This document shows positions 46,329-55,195 of a DNA stretch of 57,362 nt, one piece after another (position 1 is the first letter of the stretch; every line of letters starts with the position of its first letter). Made by a program: the position numbers and the translations under genes. Source of the stretch: Oscillospiraceae bacterium (lineage in GTDB: Bacteria; Bacillota; Clostridia; Oscillospirales; CAG-272); assembly GCA_015065175.1 (NCBI GenBank), contig SVQV01000002.1:1-57362 (forward strand), given 5' to 3'. The notes under the pieces were generated by a model. It saw nothing but the letters and a program-made list of their open reading frames with translations, was not told the origin of the DNA and made no database searches.

Positions 46329-47201
46329 TTATCGGTTTTTCTTTATCAACGGGATGTCATTTATCAGCATTTTTCGGAAGTCTCTCGGGGAATGCCCCAC
46401 CCTCTTTTTAAAATACCTCGAAAAGTATTCGGTGCTTTCAAAGCCAAGGCGCTCGGATATTTCCTTGACGGAAAGACCGTCCTCGCGCAGAAGTCTTTTG
46501 GCTTCGGTCAGCTTTAGCTCGAGGTAATAATCTATCGGAGCGCAGCCGACATGCTTTTTGAATACGTCGCACAAAAAGGACCTGCTGAAATGAAAATTTT
46601 CGCAGAGATCGCTCAGCGTCAGTCTGCCGTACAGGCTTTTTCGCATATATTCGCACATCTCGTTTACTATAGGGACTACATTTATACTACTGCGGTTTCG
46701 GATAGTCTTGCTTCGGTCTCCCGAAAGATCGCGTATCAGAAGCAAGAGAAATTCCTCGAAGAGCAAAAGCGACATCTGCTCACCGCCTATAGGAGAGCTG
46801 TCACGCAGGGATATAGGGCTATCTAAGATCAGATAGGTTTCGTTGCACTCATCCATAAGCAGCTTAAGGGTGCTTGCCGCCTTTTCCGAAATCTTGAACA
46901 GCTTGCCTCTGAAAAGCTCCATGGCGGGAGAGTCGCAATAAAACAGCACATTGAATATAGTAGCTACCTTTTTCTCATCGGATACGGTGTTATGTATCTC
47001 GCCGGGGCTATGGAATATTATGTCGCCCTTTTTAAGTATCCTGCTTTCGCCTTCGACAATGCAGTTTGCTTCACCGGCGTCAACATAGAACAGCTCCCAT
47101 TGCTCGTGATTGTGAAAGTCTGTCTGAAATGTTGGCGAAATATCAAAAAAATTTATCGCATAAAAGCCGCTCACATCTATCAATTTTTTGCTACTTGACA
47201 T
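46329..47201 (-). CDS. AraC-family regulator (cupin + HTH), paralogue 2
   Basis: 290 aa, collinear with paralogue 1 over its whole length. Confidence 0.85.
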   Translation of the reverse strand: MSSSKKLIDVSGFYAINFFDISPTFQTDFHNHEQWELFYVDAGEANCIVEGESRILKKGDIIFHSPGEIHNTVSDEKKVATIFNVLFYCDSPAMELFRGKLFKISEKAASTLKLLMDECNETYLILDSPISLRDSSPIGGEQMSLLLFEEFLLLLIRDLSGDRSKTIRNRSSINVVPIVNEMCEYMRKSLYGRLTLSDLCENFHFSRSFLCDVFKKHVGCAPIDYYLELKLTEAKRLLREDGLSVKEISERLGFESTEYFSRYFKKRVGHSPRDFRKMLINDIPLIKKNR

Positions 47202-47367
47202 AAATTCTTCTTTTTTCTCCTTGCAAGGCGGAAAATAGTTTAACTTCTTTGGAAAATAGTCTCTTGAAAAGGCATTCTACAAGCGTGTATAATCTATATA
47301 GGCCACACGGCTATTTTAACATACTTGAGCTGAAAAATCAAGAGCATTTGAAAGGAACTATAGAAAA

Positions 47368-48138
47368 ATGAACGGAGTAGAAAAATTAAAAGAAAAGCTG
47401 AATAACGGAGAGCGCATCTATTCGACGATGCTTTGCGAATGGGGCAGTACAAGACTTCCGGGTGTATTAAAGGCGGCAGGAGTTGACTTTATTATAGCAG
47501 ATCTTGAGCATGGCATCTTTAATCCCGAAAATTTAAGGGAGATCGGACAGGCAAGCAGATATGCCGACATCCCTCTTGTCGCAAGAGTTCAGGACTGTGA
47601 ATATCACTGTATTTCTAAGTGCATAGATATGGGTGCGGACGGAGTTCTTATACCACGCACAGAAACCTTTGAGCAGGTAGAGACAGCAATAAAGTCGCTT
47701 CGTATGTATCCCTACGGCAAAAAAGGAGTAGGCGGAGCTTGTATGAGACCGGGTGAGACTATTGAGGAATTCAACAGAAACAGATTGCTCTTTATCCAGA
47801 TGGAGTCTCCCCAGGGCATAGATTTGCTTGATGAGATGCTCACAAGATACGGCGAGCATATAGCGGGCGTAATAGTAGGTCCCAATGACCTTGAATCCTC
47901 TATGGGATATCCTTCCTTCGACTGCCCCAAGCCCGACGATACATATGATAACTATATCCGCAAGGTCATAAGCGTCAGCAAGGCACACGGCAAAAGCTCG
48001 GGTATATTTATGGGAAGCGACGATGCGCTTAAGAAGTGGCATAATGAGGGCATGAATATACACTGGGTAAACGTTGAGCTGGGTATGATCGCATCCGAGG
48101 CAAGACGTGTAAGAGCGCTTATAAATGAGCTTGACTGA
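47368..48138 (+). CDS. HpcH/HpaI-family aldolase (2-keto-3-deoxy-acid aldolase type)
   Basis: 256 aa, with a family pattern around DFIIADLEHG and VLIPR. Confidence 0.75.
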   Translation: MNGVEKLKEKLNNGERIYSTMLCEWGSTRLPGVLKAAGVDFIIADLEHGIFNPENLREIGQASRYADIPLVARVQDCEYHCISKCIDMGADGVLIPRTETFEQVETAIKSLRMYPYGKKGVGGACMRPGETIEEFNRNRLLFIQMESPQGIDLLDEMLTRYGEHIAGVIVGPNDLESSMGYPSFDCPKPDDTYDNYIRKVISVSKAHGKSSGIFMGSDDALKKWHNEGMNIHWVNVELGMIASEARRVRALINELD

Positions 48139-48158
48139 TAATTATCGAGGATAATAAA

Positions 48159-49115
48159 ATGAGAAAGGTTCTTGTATTTGGCGGTACAGTCAAAAGCTAT
48201 CAATATGAAATAGAGGCTTTGAAGCAGTTTGATGATGTCGAGTTCGTTATTTCACCTGCACTTAAAGAGGAAGACGTCATTGAGGCTGCGCAAGATGCCG
48301 AGGTAATTCTCTTTACTGCTACGAAGTTGAATGAAAGAGTAATAAATTCTCTCGAAAAGTGTAAGCTCATAATCCGCTACGGCATAGGCTACGATAACGT
48401 AGACACAGAAGCGGCGGCAAAGCGAGGAATATATGTTTGCAACGCCCCCAAATACGGTGTTATTGACGTGGCAGAGCATGCGCTGTCACTTATCTTTGCG
48501 ACAGCCAAGCAGACGGTTGCAATGCATGACAGAGTCAGGGCAGGGCGTGGCTGTGACGGAGTGGCTCCCTTTTTGCGCCTTGCAGGCAAAACTATCGGCT
48601 TTTTGGGCTTCGGAAACATCGGTAAGGCGGTATGTCAGCGTACCAACGCGCTCGGAATGAAAGCAATAGTCTATGACCCTTATGTCAGTGAAGATGTGCT
48701 TGCAAGCTATAATGCCGAAAAATCAGACCTCGATTCTATGCTTTCAAGAGCCGATTTCGTTACGCTTCATCTGCCGCTTAACGATAAAACGCGCCATACT
48801 GTCGGCAGAAGCTTCTTTGAGAAGATGAAAAAAACGGCTATACTTATAAATACGAGCCGAGGCGCTATCGTCAACGAGCAGGAGCTTATAGAAGCGCTTG
48901 AGGAAGGGCTTATAGGAGGCGTAGGTCTTGACGTTTTCGAGGACGAAACAAAGCCTGTCGACCCACGTATAGTCAACGCAAAAATTGCGGCGCTGACTCC
49001 TCATGTGGCTTGGAACACCGATGTAGCCATAACCGCCATTCATGAAGAGGTCGGAGACAATATAGTGCGCTATTTAAAGGGCGAACGCCCCGAAAGCGTA
49101 GTAAATAAAATCTGA
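48159..49115 (+). CDS. D-isomer-specific 2-hydroxyacid dehydrogenase
   Basis: Rossmann motif GFLGFGNIGKAV, plus INTSRGAIVNE and GLDVFEDE. Confidence 0.85.
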   Translation: MRKVLVFGGTVKSYQYEIEALKQFDDVEFVISPALKEEDVIEAAQDAEVILFTATKLNERVINSLEKCKLIIRYGIGYDNVDTEAAAKRGIYVCNAPKYGVIDVAEHALSLIFATAKQTVAMHDRVRAGRGCDGVAPFLRLAGKTIGFLGFGNIGKAVCQRTNALGMKAIVYDPYVSEDVLASYNAEKSDLDSMLSRADFVTLHLPLNDKTRHTVGRSFFEKMKKTAILINTSRGAIVNEQELIEALEEGLIGGVGLDVFEDETKPVDPRIVNAKIAALTPHVAWNTDVAITAIHEEVGDNIVRYLKGERPESVVNKI

Positions 49116-49134
49116 GCTTGATTTGGAGAAAATT

Positions 49135-50877
49135 ATGAATACCGTACGCTTGTCGGAATACGGCATTTTGCCCGATACTGATATAACCGCCTCCTTGTAT
49201 GCTCTTATGGAGCGGAATAAGGAGGATACCGAATTTATCTTTGAGGATGCAGATTATTATTTTTCGCCGCATGAAGCGGTAAAGCGCAATTACCGTCTGT
49301 CAAACTCGGATGTCGTCCCGTTCCGCACTCTTGCAATAGTTATGGAAAACATGAAGAATTGCATCCTTCGCGGAAACGGTGCGCGCCTTTGGCTGTCCGG
49401 GCAGATGCAGGTATTTACGCTTGATCGTAGCGAAAACATAAGGCTGGAGAATTTTACTGTGAACTGGAAGAAGCCTCTTGTTGCCGAAGGATGCGTTGTT
49501 GCGAAAAACGGTCTGTCTGTAGACGTTTTTGTCGATCCCGAATTGTATCCGCACTGCTTTGAGGACGGAGAACTGAAATTCGATGCGGGCGCGGATGAAT
49601 GGTATCCCTACAATAAGCATTCTGTCGCCTTTGAGCCGAACAGTTTGCGTGCACGTAAGGATATAGCCGACATTTTCTTCAAGGACGTCACCTCACTCGG
49701 AAATTCGGTCTTTAGAATGAGCCTGCACAGAGATATGAATATCCACGTAGGCGACCTCTTGAATATGCGCCACAATGCGCGTGTTCATTCGGGTATATTC
49801 AGCGAAAAATGCTCCGATATCGTTTCGGAAAACATTACCTTTTATTCTTGCGGCGGCTTGGGATGTCTTTCTCAGTTTTGCCATAATATGACCTATCGCG
49901 GAGTGCATTTTCTCCCCGATAAGCGCATCGGCAGATGTGTTGCAGGCGGCCGTGATGACGGCATGCACATTACCTGTAATTCGGGTGCTGTAACCATAAG
50001 CGATTGTAGCTTTCATGCGCTCATGGACGATCCCATAAACGTTCACGGCTGTTGCGTTACCTCTGACGGGGTGGTGGATGAGAGGACATTGCGCTGTAAC
50101 TTTCGCCACAGTCAGGCATGCGGCTTTGCATATTGGGCGGAGAAGGGTGATGAAATCAGCTTTATAGAACGTACTTCCATGGCGCCTGTAGGCTCTGCAA
50201 GAGTAGACTCCTATACGCTTGAGGATGATATGACCTTTCTACTCTCCTTTGACAGCCCCTTGCCGAAGGAATTTCTGGAGTTGGCTTCCAAGGGCGATTC
50301 GCTCGCTTTGGATAACCTTACGCACACGGCTTCCTTTGTCTGCACGAATAACCGTTTCGGCAGCTGCCGTGCGAGAGGGGTTCTTGTATCTACACCAAAG
50401 TCGGTGAAGATATCGGGCAACTATTTTGAGTCCTCGGGCTCTGCCATACTTGTTGCGGGAGACTCAAATTATTGGTATGAGTCGGGAGAATGTCACGATG
50501 TTGAAATCTCGCACAACGTGTTTACCGATGCCTGTCTCGGCTCGGAATATCAGTTCTGCCACGGCGTTATCAGCGTTTGCCCCGTAGTGCCCGAGCCTGA
50601 TGTCGATAAGCCGTATCATAAAAATATCCGTATCACCGATAACGTTTTTGATACTGCGGGCGAACCCGTGTTGTACGCTTTTTCTTGCTCCGATCTTGTT
50701 TTCAGCAACAATCGGGTGTTTAAAAGTCCGTCATCGCCAAGGATGTCCGAGGAAAAAGCGCAGATCAGGCTTTCATACTGCAAGGACGTCTCGGTTTCGG
50801 AAAACCAATGGATAGGAAATTTTGAGTCACTCGGATATTCATCCGAGCATTGCAAAAACCTCAAAAGCGATATCTGA
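49135..50877 (+). CDS. Right-handed parallel beta-helix repeat protein (glycosidase/lyase-like)
   Basis: About 580 aa with repeated beta-helix turns (NNRF.., GNYFE.., HNVFTD.., DNVFD.., NNRVF). Start at ATG 49135 behind GGAGAA. Confidence 0.7.
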   Translation: MNTVRLSEYGILPDTDITASLYALMERNKEDTEFIFEDADYYFSPHEAVKRNYRLSNSDVVPFRTLAIVMENMKNCILRGNGARLWLSGQMQVFTLDRSENIRLENFTVNWKKPLVAEGCVVAKNGLSVDVFVDPELYPHCFEDGELKFDAGADEWYPYNKHSVAFEPNSLRARKDIADIFFKDVTSLGNSVFRMSLHRDMNIHVGDLLNMRHNARVHSGIFSEKCSDIVSENITFYSCGGLGCLSQFCHNMTYRGVHFLPDKRIGRCVAGGRDDGMHITCNSGAVTISDCSFHALMDDPINVHGCCVTSDGVVDERTLRCNFRHSQACGFAYWAEKGDEISFIERTSMAPVGSARVDSYTLEDDMTFLLSFDSPLPKEFLELASKGDSLALDNLTHTASFVCTNNRFGSCRARGVLVSTPKSVKISGNYFESSGSAILVAGDSNYWYESGECHDVEISHNVFTDACLGSEYQFCHGVISVCPVVPEPDVDKPYHKNIRITDNVFDTAGEPVLYAFSCSDLVFSNNRVFKSPSSPRMSEEKAQIRLSYCKDVSVSENQWIGNFESLGYSSEHCKNLKSDI

Positions 50878-50900
50878 ACATGAAATATTTATAAACAAAA

Positions 50901-50942
50901 AGCGGATGCTCAATACCCTTCGGTAAAGAACATCCGCTTTTC
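50901..50942 (+). terminator. Rho-independent terminator
   Basis: AGCGGATG-n22-CATCCGCT followed by TTTT. Confidence 0.6.
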
Positions 50943-51030
50943 ATTTTCTGCGGTGCGATTGGAAAATGCAAGAAATTTGCGCAGATTTTAAATGCAGACC
51001 TGAAATTTTTTTATTTACAATGGTATTATT

Positions 51031-51231
51031 TTCATAACATAATTTTTCTATATGCGAAAGAATAATAACAGAGTCAAGAAACAGCGAGGTACAAAGCTCC
51101 GGATTTTCGCGGCTCGATTGATATAGATTTAAAATTTAAAAACAGGAGAATTTTATAATGTCTAACAATATGACATCCCGTACGAACTATGAAGTTCGAG
51201 CGCAAAAGCCGCACCGCAACAGGGCATAAGG
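51031..51231 (+). repeat. SASP-gene 5' region repeat, copy A (leader + RBS + 23-codon ORF)
   Basis: Only 3 mismatches to copy B across 51054-51231. The leader is also shared with the intact SASP gene at 55538. Confidence 0.85.
51158..51229 (+). CDS. 23-codon ORF MSNNMTSRTNYEVRAQKPHRNRA behind a SASP-type RBS (micro-protein or decayed ssp gene)
   Basis: AGGAGA lies 8 nt before the ATG. The peptide is identical in copy B, with one synonymous difference (tct/tcc). Confidence 0.3.
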   Translation: MSNNMTSRTNYEVRAQKPHRNRA

Positions 51232-51258
51232 TATGCGTCGGCTACATATACGCCTTGA

Positions 51259-51420
51259 GCATATAACAAAATAATCCCAGATGAAGCGAAGACTATGTCG
51301 GAGACTGCGACCAGTGCGCGAATCGCCGGCGTATCTATGGATAGGCTCATCGGTTATATCGCGACCGTTAAGGAAGTAACCCAAGACGGCACAGAAAGCG
51401 TGGGTAAAGGAATTGCCCAA
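51259..51420 (+). pseudogene. Fragment resembling a phage tail tape-measure protein (TP901-type segment)
   Basis: The open frame reads IIPDEAKTMSETATSARIAGVSMDRLIGYIATVKEVTQDGTESVG, which resembles the conserved TMP core. There is no full-length context. Confidence 0.35.
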
Positions 51421-51504
51421 CAATACAGTAATGTATTGCAGGTTGGTAACAATATCGGTCAAAGGCCAGAAGTGGCAGAGACCGAGGTAATATTGTGTTT
51501 TACA

Positions 51505-52290
51505 TCAAAAAAACGGGTTCTGAGTCTCGGTCAAGGCATTCCACTCGGTTATTATCGGCTTTAATGACGCGCGGGAGATAAAACCGAATTTGTCCTTTTT
51601 CGATATAAGCTCAAAGACCTCCGAAGAGAAGTAGGTGTAAATTTTATCCTCGTTTTTCTCGGTCATTTTGTCCGACGGCAGAATGACGTAATACGATGTA
51701 GAAGCAGTGTCCTCACAAAAGCCGCAATAAACCTTTGCGCCAAGCTCCTTTAGAAGAGGAGAGTCATTTATATAATGTATATTAGCGCAAAGGCATCTGT
51801 ATATTGCCAATTCGTCAAAGCGCTCGACGAACACGACAAACGATGAGCTTGACGCCTCTTTTTGAGGTATCACTCGCTCTGTATCCCAATCCTTTTTTGG
51901 AGCGGAATACCAGCCGTAGTATGCTATTTCCTCGGGCAAAAAATCTCTCGGATAATCTATTGCCGCGTTTTCTTTTTTTATAAGCTCGTTAAAGCATTCG
52001 GATATTTCGTCCTTCATTTTTGCTTCATCCGAAAAATTTTGCGTAGCCTCGGGAAGAATATAAACTGTAAGGATTGCCTCGTTTATAAATTGAATATCCT
52101 TCCTTTTTATAATTTGCGAAAAATCTTCACCTTTGGGCAGGTATATGTGAGAACCCGACTGTATATAACAGGCGACCGCTCTGATGCCCTTTGACAAATA
52201 GAGCCTTGAAATGAATTTTTTCGCCAATTCGGAGTTGTTTATCTCGCCGCTTCGCAATATATCGTCTATTGAATTCAGAGTTAACTGCAT
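51505..52290 (-). CDS. Hypothetical protein (261 aa, orphan)
   Basis: Intact ORF with no motif I recognise. Confidence 0.55.
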   Translation of the reverse strand: MQLTLNSIDDILRSGEINNSELAKKFISRLYLSKGIRAVACYIQSGSHIYLPKGEDFSQIIKRKDIQFINEAILTVYILPEATQNFSDEAKMKDEISECFNELIKKENAAIDYPRDFLPEEIAYYGWYSAPKKDWDTERVIPQKEASSSSFVVFVERFDELAIYRCLCANIHYINDSPLLKELGAKVYCGFCEDTASTSYYVILPSDKMTEKNEDKIYTYFSSEVFELISKKDKFGFISRASLKPIITEWNALTETQNPFF

Positions 52291-52325
52291 AAAATAATCT
52301 CCGATACTGTAGTATTGTAATCAGT

Positions 52326-52581
52326 ATATCACAAGCAAAAATGTTTGCTTGCAAGGACATTTTTGCGCCGTGCATCAAGGGCACAGGTGCGCATTGCGCA
52401 CGCAGCGCGAAGCGCAAAAGCTTGCGAAGCAAGATTTTCTGTGTATATTATATCACAAGCAAAAAATGTTTGCTTGCAAGGACATTTTTGCGCCGTGCAT
52501 CAAGGGCACAGGTGCGCATTGCGCACGTAGCACGAAGCGCAAATCTTGCGAAGCAAGATTTTCTGTGTATAGTATATCACA
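52326..52581. repeat. Tandem direct repeat, 2 copies of about 124 bp
   Basis: Unit ATCACAAGCAAAAATGTTTGCTTGCAAGGACATTTTTGCGCCGTGCATCAAGGGCACAGGTGCGCATTGCGCAC...CTTGCGAAGCAAGATTTTCTGTGTATA. The second copy has a few substitutions and indels. Confidence 0.9.
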
Positions 52582-52593
52582 TTTTTCTTCATT

Positions 52594-52838
52594 TGTAAAT
52601 AATACGTCATAAAAACATGCAAAAACAATGTCATTTATTCATAACATATTTTTTAAATGTGCGACAGAATAATAACAGAGTCAAGAAACAGCGAGGTACA
52701 AAGCCCCGGATTTTCGCGGCTCGATTGATATAGATTTAAAATTTAAAAACAGGAGAATTTTATAATGTCCAACAATATGACATCCCGTACGAACTATGAA
52801 GTTCGAGCGCAAAAGCCGCACCGCAACAGGGCATAAGG
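52594..52838 (+). repeat. SASP-gene 5' region repeat, copy B (extended leader + 23-codon ORF)
   Basis: Its left part (from TGTAAATAATACGTCATAAAAAC) is shared with copy C. Its right part, including the micro-ORF, is shared with copy A. Confidence 0.85.
52765..52836 (+). CDS. 23-codon ORF, second identical copy
   Basis: Same peptide and RBS as 51158-51229. Confidence 0.3.
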   Translation: MSNNMTSRTNYEVRAQKPHRNRA

Positions 52839-52951
52839 AATTGTACCCATCTTAAGGTGAGTTGGTGTATAATAATATATATCGCGTCATAATAGTCATA
52901 ATATAAGATACAATTGATATGTGTGTAGTTATTACTGATAAATTACAAAAA

Positions 52952-53002
52952 GAGTAACAAACAATCGTTTAAGAGTAATAATATAAATGTTTTGAGTAAT
53001 AA
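52952..53002 (+). promoter_or_regulatory. Three direct repeats GAGTAAYAA with exact 21-bp phasing (candidate activator/response-regulator sites)
   Basis: Repeat starts at 52952, 52973 and 52994. The last repeat ends 3 bp before the -35 hexamer. Confidence 0.45.
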
Positions 53003-53005
53003 CTG

Positions 53006-53034
53006 TTGACAAAAACAACATTTTACTCTATAAT
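53006..53034 (+). promoter_or_regulatory. Consensus sigma-A promoter
   Basis: TTGACA, 17 bp, TATAAT. Confidence 0.7.
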
Positions 53035-53089
53035 GTGAAGACATAAGGAGCTGTTGGCGTGAAATACACAACTGAAAAAAAGCAAACCT

Positions 53090-53410
53090 TTGAATGGAAA
53101 AAGCGAACTGTTCAATGCCGATGTACGAAACGGACAACCCTTTAATAGCTATACCTACAATGGAGATATGACCGTGGCTCTCACCGCCTTTGTAGATGGA
53201 AATCCTGATTGTTATGGCTTTATTGTCATCAATAACGATAGGATTGTAATACTCGATGAATTCTGTAATCCTATGGATTTTCCGGATACAACCGAGGTCT
53301 CGGTTAAAAATTTAATAACCAACGATATCGCAGGCAAAGGAACGAAGAATATTTCAATTAATGGATTTAATGTTTTCTTAGAACCCAACTGTAATCGATC
53401 CGAAAGTTAG
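53090..53410 (+). CDS. Hypothetical small protein (106 codons; start unresolved, possibly frameshifted at an A7 tract)
   Basis: The long ORF has only a TTG start with no RBS. AAGGAG (53045-53050) instead serves GTG 53059 in another frame, which stops after 28 codons. An A7 run (53075-53081) lies between them. Confidence 0.45.
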   Translation: MNGKSELFNADVRNGQPFNSYTYNGDMTVALTAFVDGNPDCYGFIVINNDRIVILDEFCNPMDFPDTTEVSVKNLITNDIAGKGTKNISINGFNVFLEPNCNRSES

Positions 53411-53449
53411 TACTGTCTTCACAATAAAACAAAAATTCACGGAGGAAAT

Positions 53450-55084
53450 ATGTTTACAGAATATAACGCCAAACACTACCCTATCTCAGATACCGCTGTA
53501 AGCCTTAAAACTGAAGATACCGATCTGCAGTACGTTTTTGACGAATGTGAAAAGCTATGTCTTGATAACACAATGGCATTCGGTGATATGCCGGTTATCC
53601 GCGAAGGCGCAAAATATAACGGCTTATGGCTCGAAACTCAGCCGATGGGCGGTGAAATGTACGCTTGCCGCAATATGGAGATAGCTCTTAACAATCATCT
53701 CATTTTTATGAAATATCAGCGCCGTGACGGTAAAATGCCCGGTATGATCACCTGTTCGTTTCCGTTCAGAGGTATTTCAGCCAATCACGACTGGATGCAG
53801 GGCGACTTTTTCACCCGATCTGCAATGAGAATGTATTATCTTATAGGTAAGGATAAGGAATATCTTAAGCTTTTGTACGAAACGCTTAAGAACTTTGAGA
53901 ATTATCTTTGGAAATACCGTGACAGCGACGGAAACGGCTGTCTTGAAACCTTCTGCATTTGGGATACGGGTGACGATAATAACACCAAGATGCTTTCCCG
54001 TGGTGTGCATTCAATAAACCACGGACTTTGCTTTACAGATACTCCGCCGACAGATCACGGCGGAATGCCGTTTGAAAGCGCGGAATATATGGCTTACTCA
54101 TATTCCCACTGCTGCGTGCTTGCAGAAATATCCGATATCCTTGATAACGGTGAGGGTAACGAGTGGCGCGAAAAGGCTGACAAGATCCGGAAAAGAGCTA
54201 CCGAATATCTTTGGGACAGCGAAAAGAAGGCGTTTTTTGACAGAGATAAGGATAACGAAACGATCGACGTGCTTTCGCTTGAAAACATCAAGTGCATGTA
54301 CCATGGACTCTTCACCCAGGAAATGGCTGACGATTTTATCGAAAAGCATCTCTTAAACCCCGAGGAATTCTTTACTCCCCTTCCGCTTCCCAATATTGCT
54401 GCAAACGATCCCGTTTTTTACGTCAACGATGAGCTAAACAATTTCACTCCTGAGATCGAAAATGTGGTCAGAGCAAATATGGCAGACGATATTGCCGATA
54501 ACTCATGGAGCGGTCCCGTTCAAGGGCTAATATACCAGAGAGCGATCGATGGACTTCTGAATTACGGACACCACGCCGAGCTTACTTATTTCGGCAGAAA
54601 ATGGTTAGCAAATCTTGCGAAGGTTAAAAAATTCGGTCAACAGTTCAATCCCTTTACCGGTGAGCCTTCTCCCGGTGCAACCGGCTACGGGCCGACAGTT
54701 CTTTCCGCGCTTGAGTATATAACTCACCTTATAGGTATAGACTACGCAAACGAAAGATTAACCTTCAGCTCGGGCAAAAATGAAAAGGATTCCGAGTTTA
54801 ACCAGCTTCTGTTCGGAGATACATATCTGCTAAAACGTCAAAATGGCACGGCTTACGTTTATAAAAACGGTGATCTTCAGTTCTCGTTTACAAGCGGAGC
54901 ACGTGTAATTTGCGATACGTCACTAAAAATTCTTAACGTTATCGGAATTGAGCCTTCTGAAACCCCAATAACCGTTACAGTCGGAAACAATGCTTTTACA
55001 AAAGCAATAGTCCCGAACGAGGTTTGCTCTCTTACCGAAAACGGACTTACAACGCTCAAAAAGGTCAGATTTGATATGAAATAA
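53450..55084 (+). CDS. (alpha/alpha)6-barrel glycoside hydrolase (GH63/GH37-like, tentative)
   Basis: 544 aa, RBS GGAGGA. Segments YLWKYRDSDGNGCLE and YLWDSEKKAFFDRD are typical of six-hairpin glycosidases. Confidence 0.6.
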   Translation: MFTEYNAKHYPISDTAVSLKTEDTDLQYVFDECEKLCLDNTMAFGDMPVIREGAKYNGLWLETQPMGGEMYACRNMEIALNNHLIFMKYQRRDGKMPGMITCSFPFRGISANHDWMQGDFFTRSAMRMYYLIGKDKEYLKLLYETLKNFENYLWKYRDSDGNGCLETFCIWDTGDDNNTKMLSRGVHSINHGLCFTDTPPTDHGGMPFESAEYMAYSYSHCCVLAEISDILDNGEGNEWREKADKIRKRATEYLWDSEKKAFFDRDKDNETIDVLSLENIKCMYHGLFTQEMADDFIEKHLLNPEEFFTPLPLPNIAANDPVFYVNDELNNFTPEIENVVRANMADDIADNSWSGPVQGLIYQRAIDGLLNYGHHAELTYFGRKWLANLAKVKKFGQQFNPFTGEPSPGATGYGPTVLSALEYITHLIGIDYANERLTFSSGKNEKDSEFNQLLFGDTYLLKRQNGTAYVYKNGDLQFSFTSGARVICDTSLKILNVIGIEPSETPITVTVGNNAFTKAIVPNEVCSLTENGLTTLKKVRFDMK

Positions 55085-55195
55085 AAAAATAACGGACTTC
55101 TCTTGATGTCCCATAACGAAGGTTTCAAAAATAACAAGTGGTAAAGACAATCGATACAGTATATCGCAAATAATAATTTGAATGGAGATACTGTA

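Noticed and set aside
51158-51229. The 23-codon ORF as a RiPP precursor or type I toxin
   Set aside because: No modification, export or immunity genes are adjacent, and the peptide has no hydrophobic TM segment. The 5' region is clearly derived from an ssp gene, so a decayed or re-purposed SASP is the more economical reading.
52326-52581. Possible CRISPR array
   Set aside because: There are only two contiguous 124-bp units with no unique spacers between them. No cas genes are present in the window.
52341-52612. Three overlapping 61-87-aa ORFs in the tandem-repeat region
   Set aside because: They arise from the 124-bp duplication and read in all three frames across hairpin-rich sequence. None has an RBS, so the region is treated as non-coding repeat.
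52636-52680. Assignment of a sigma-G/sigma-F forespore promoter in the shared ssp leader (ACATA ... CAGAATA)
   Set aside because: The spacing is about 16 bp, short of the 17-18 bp expected, and the putative -10 C is mutated in copy A. A forespore-type promoter is expected by analogy but cannot be pinned down by eye.
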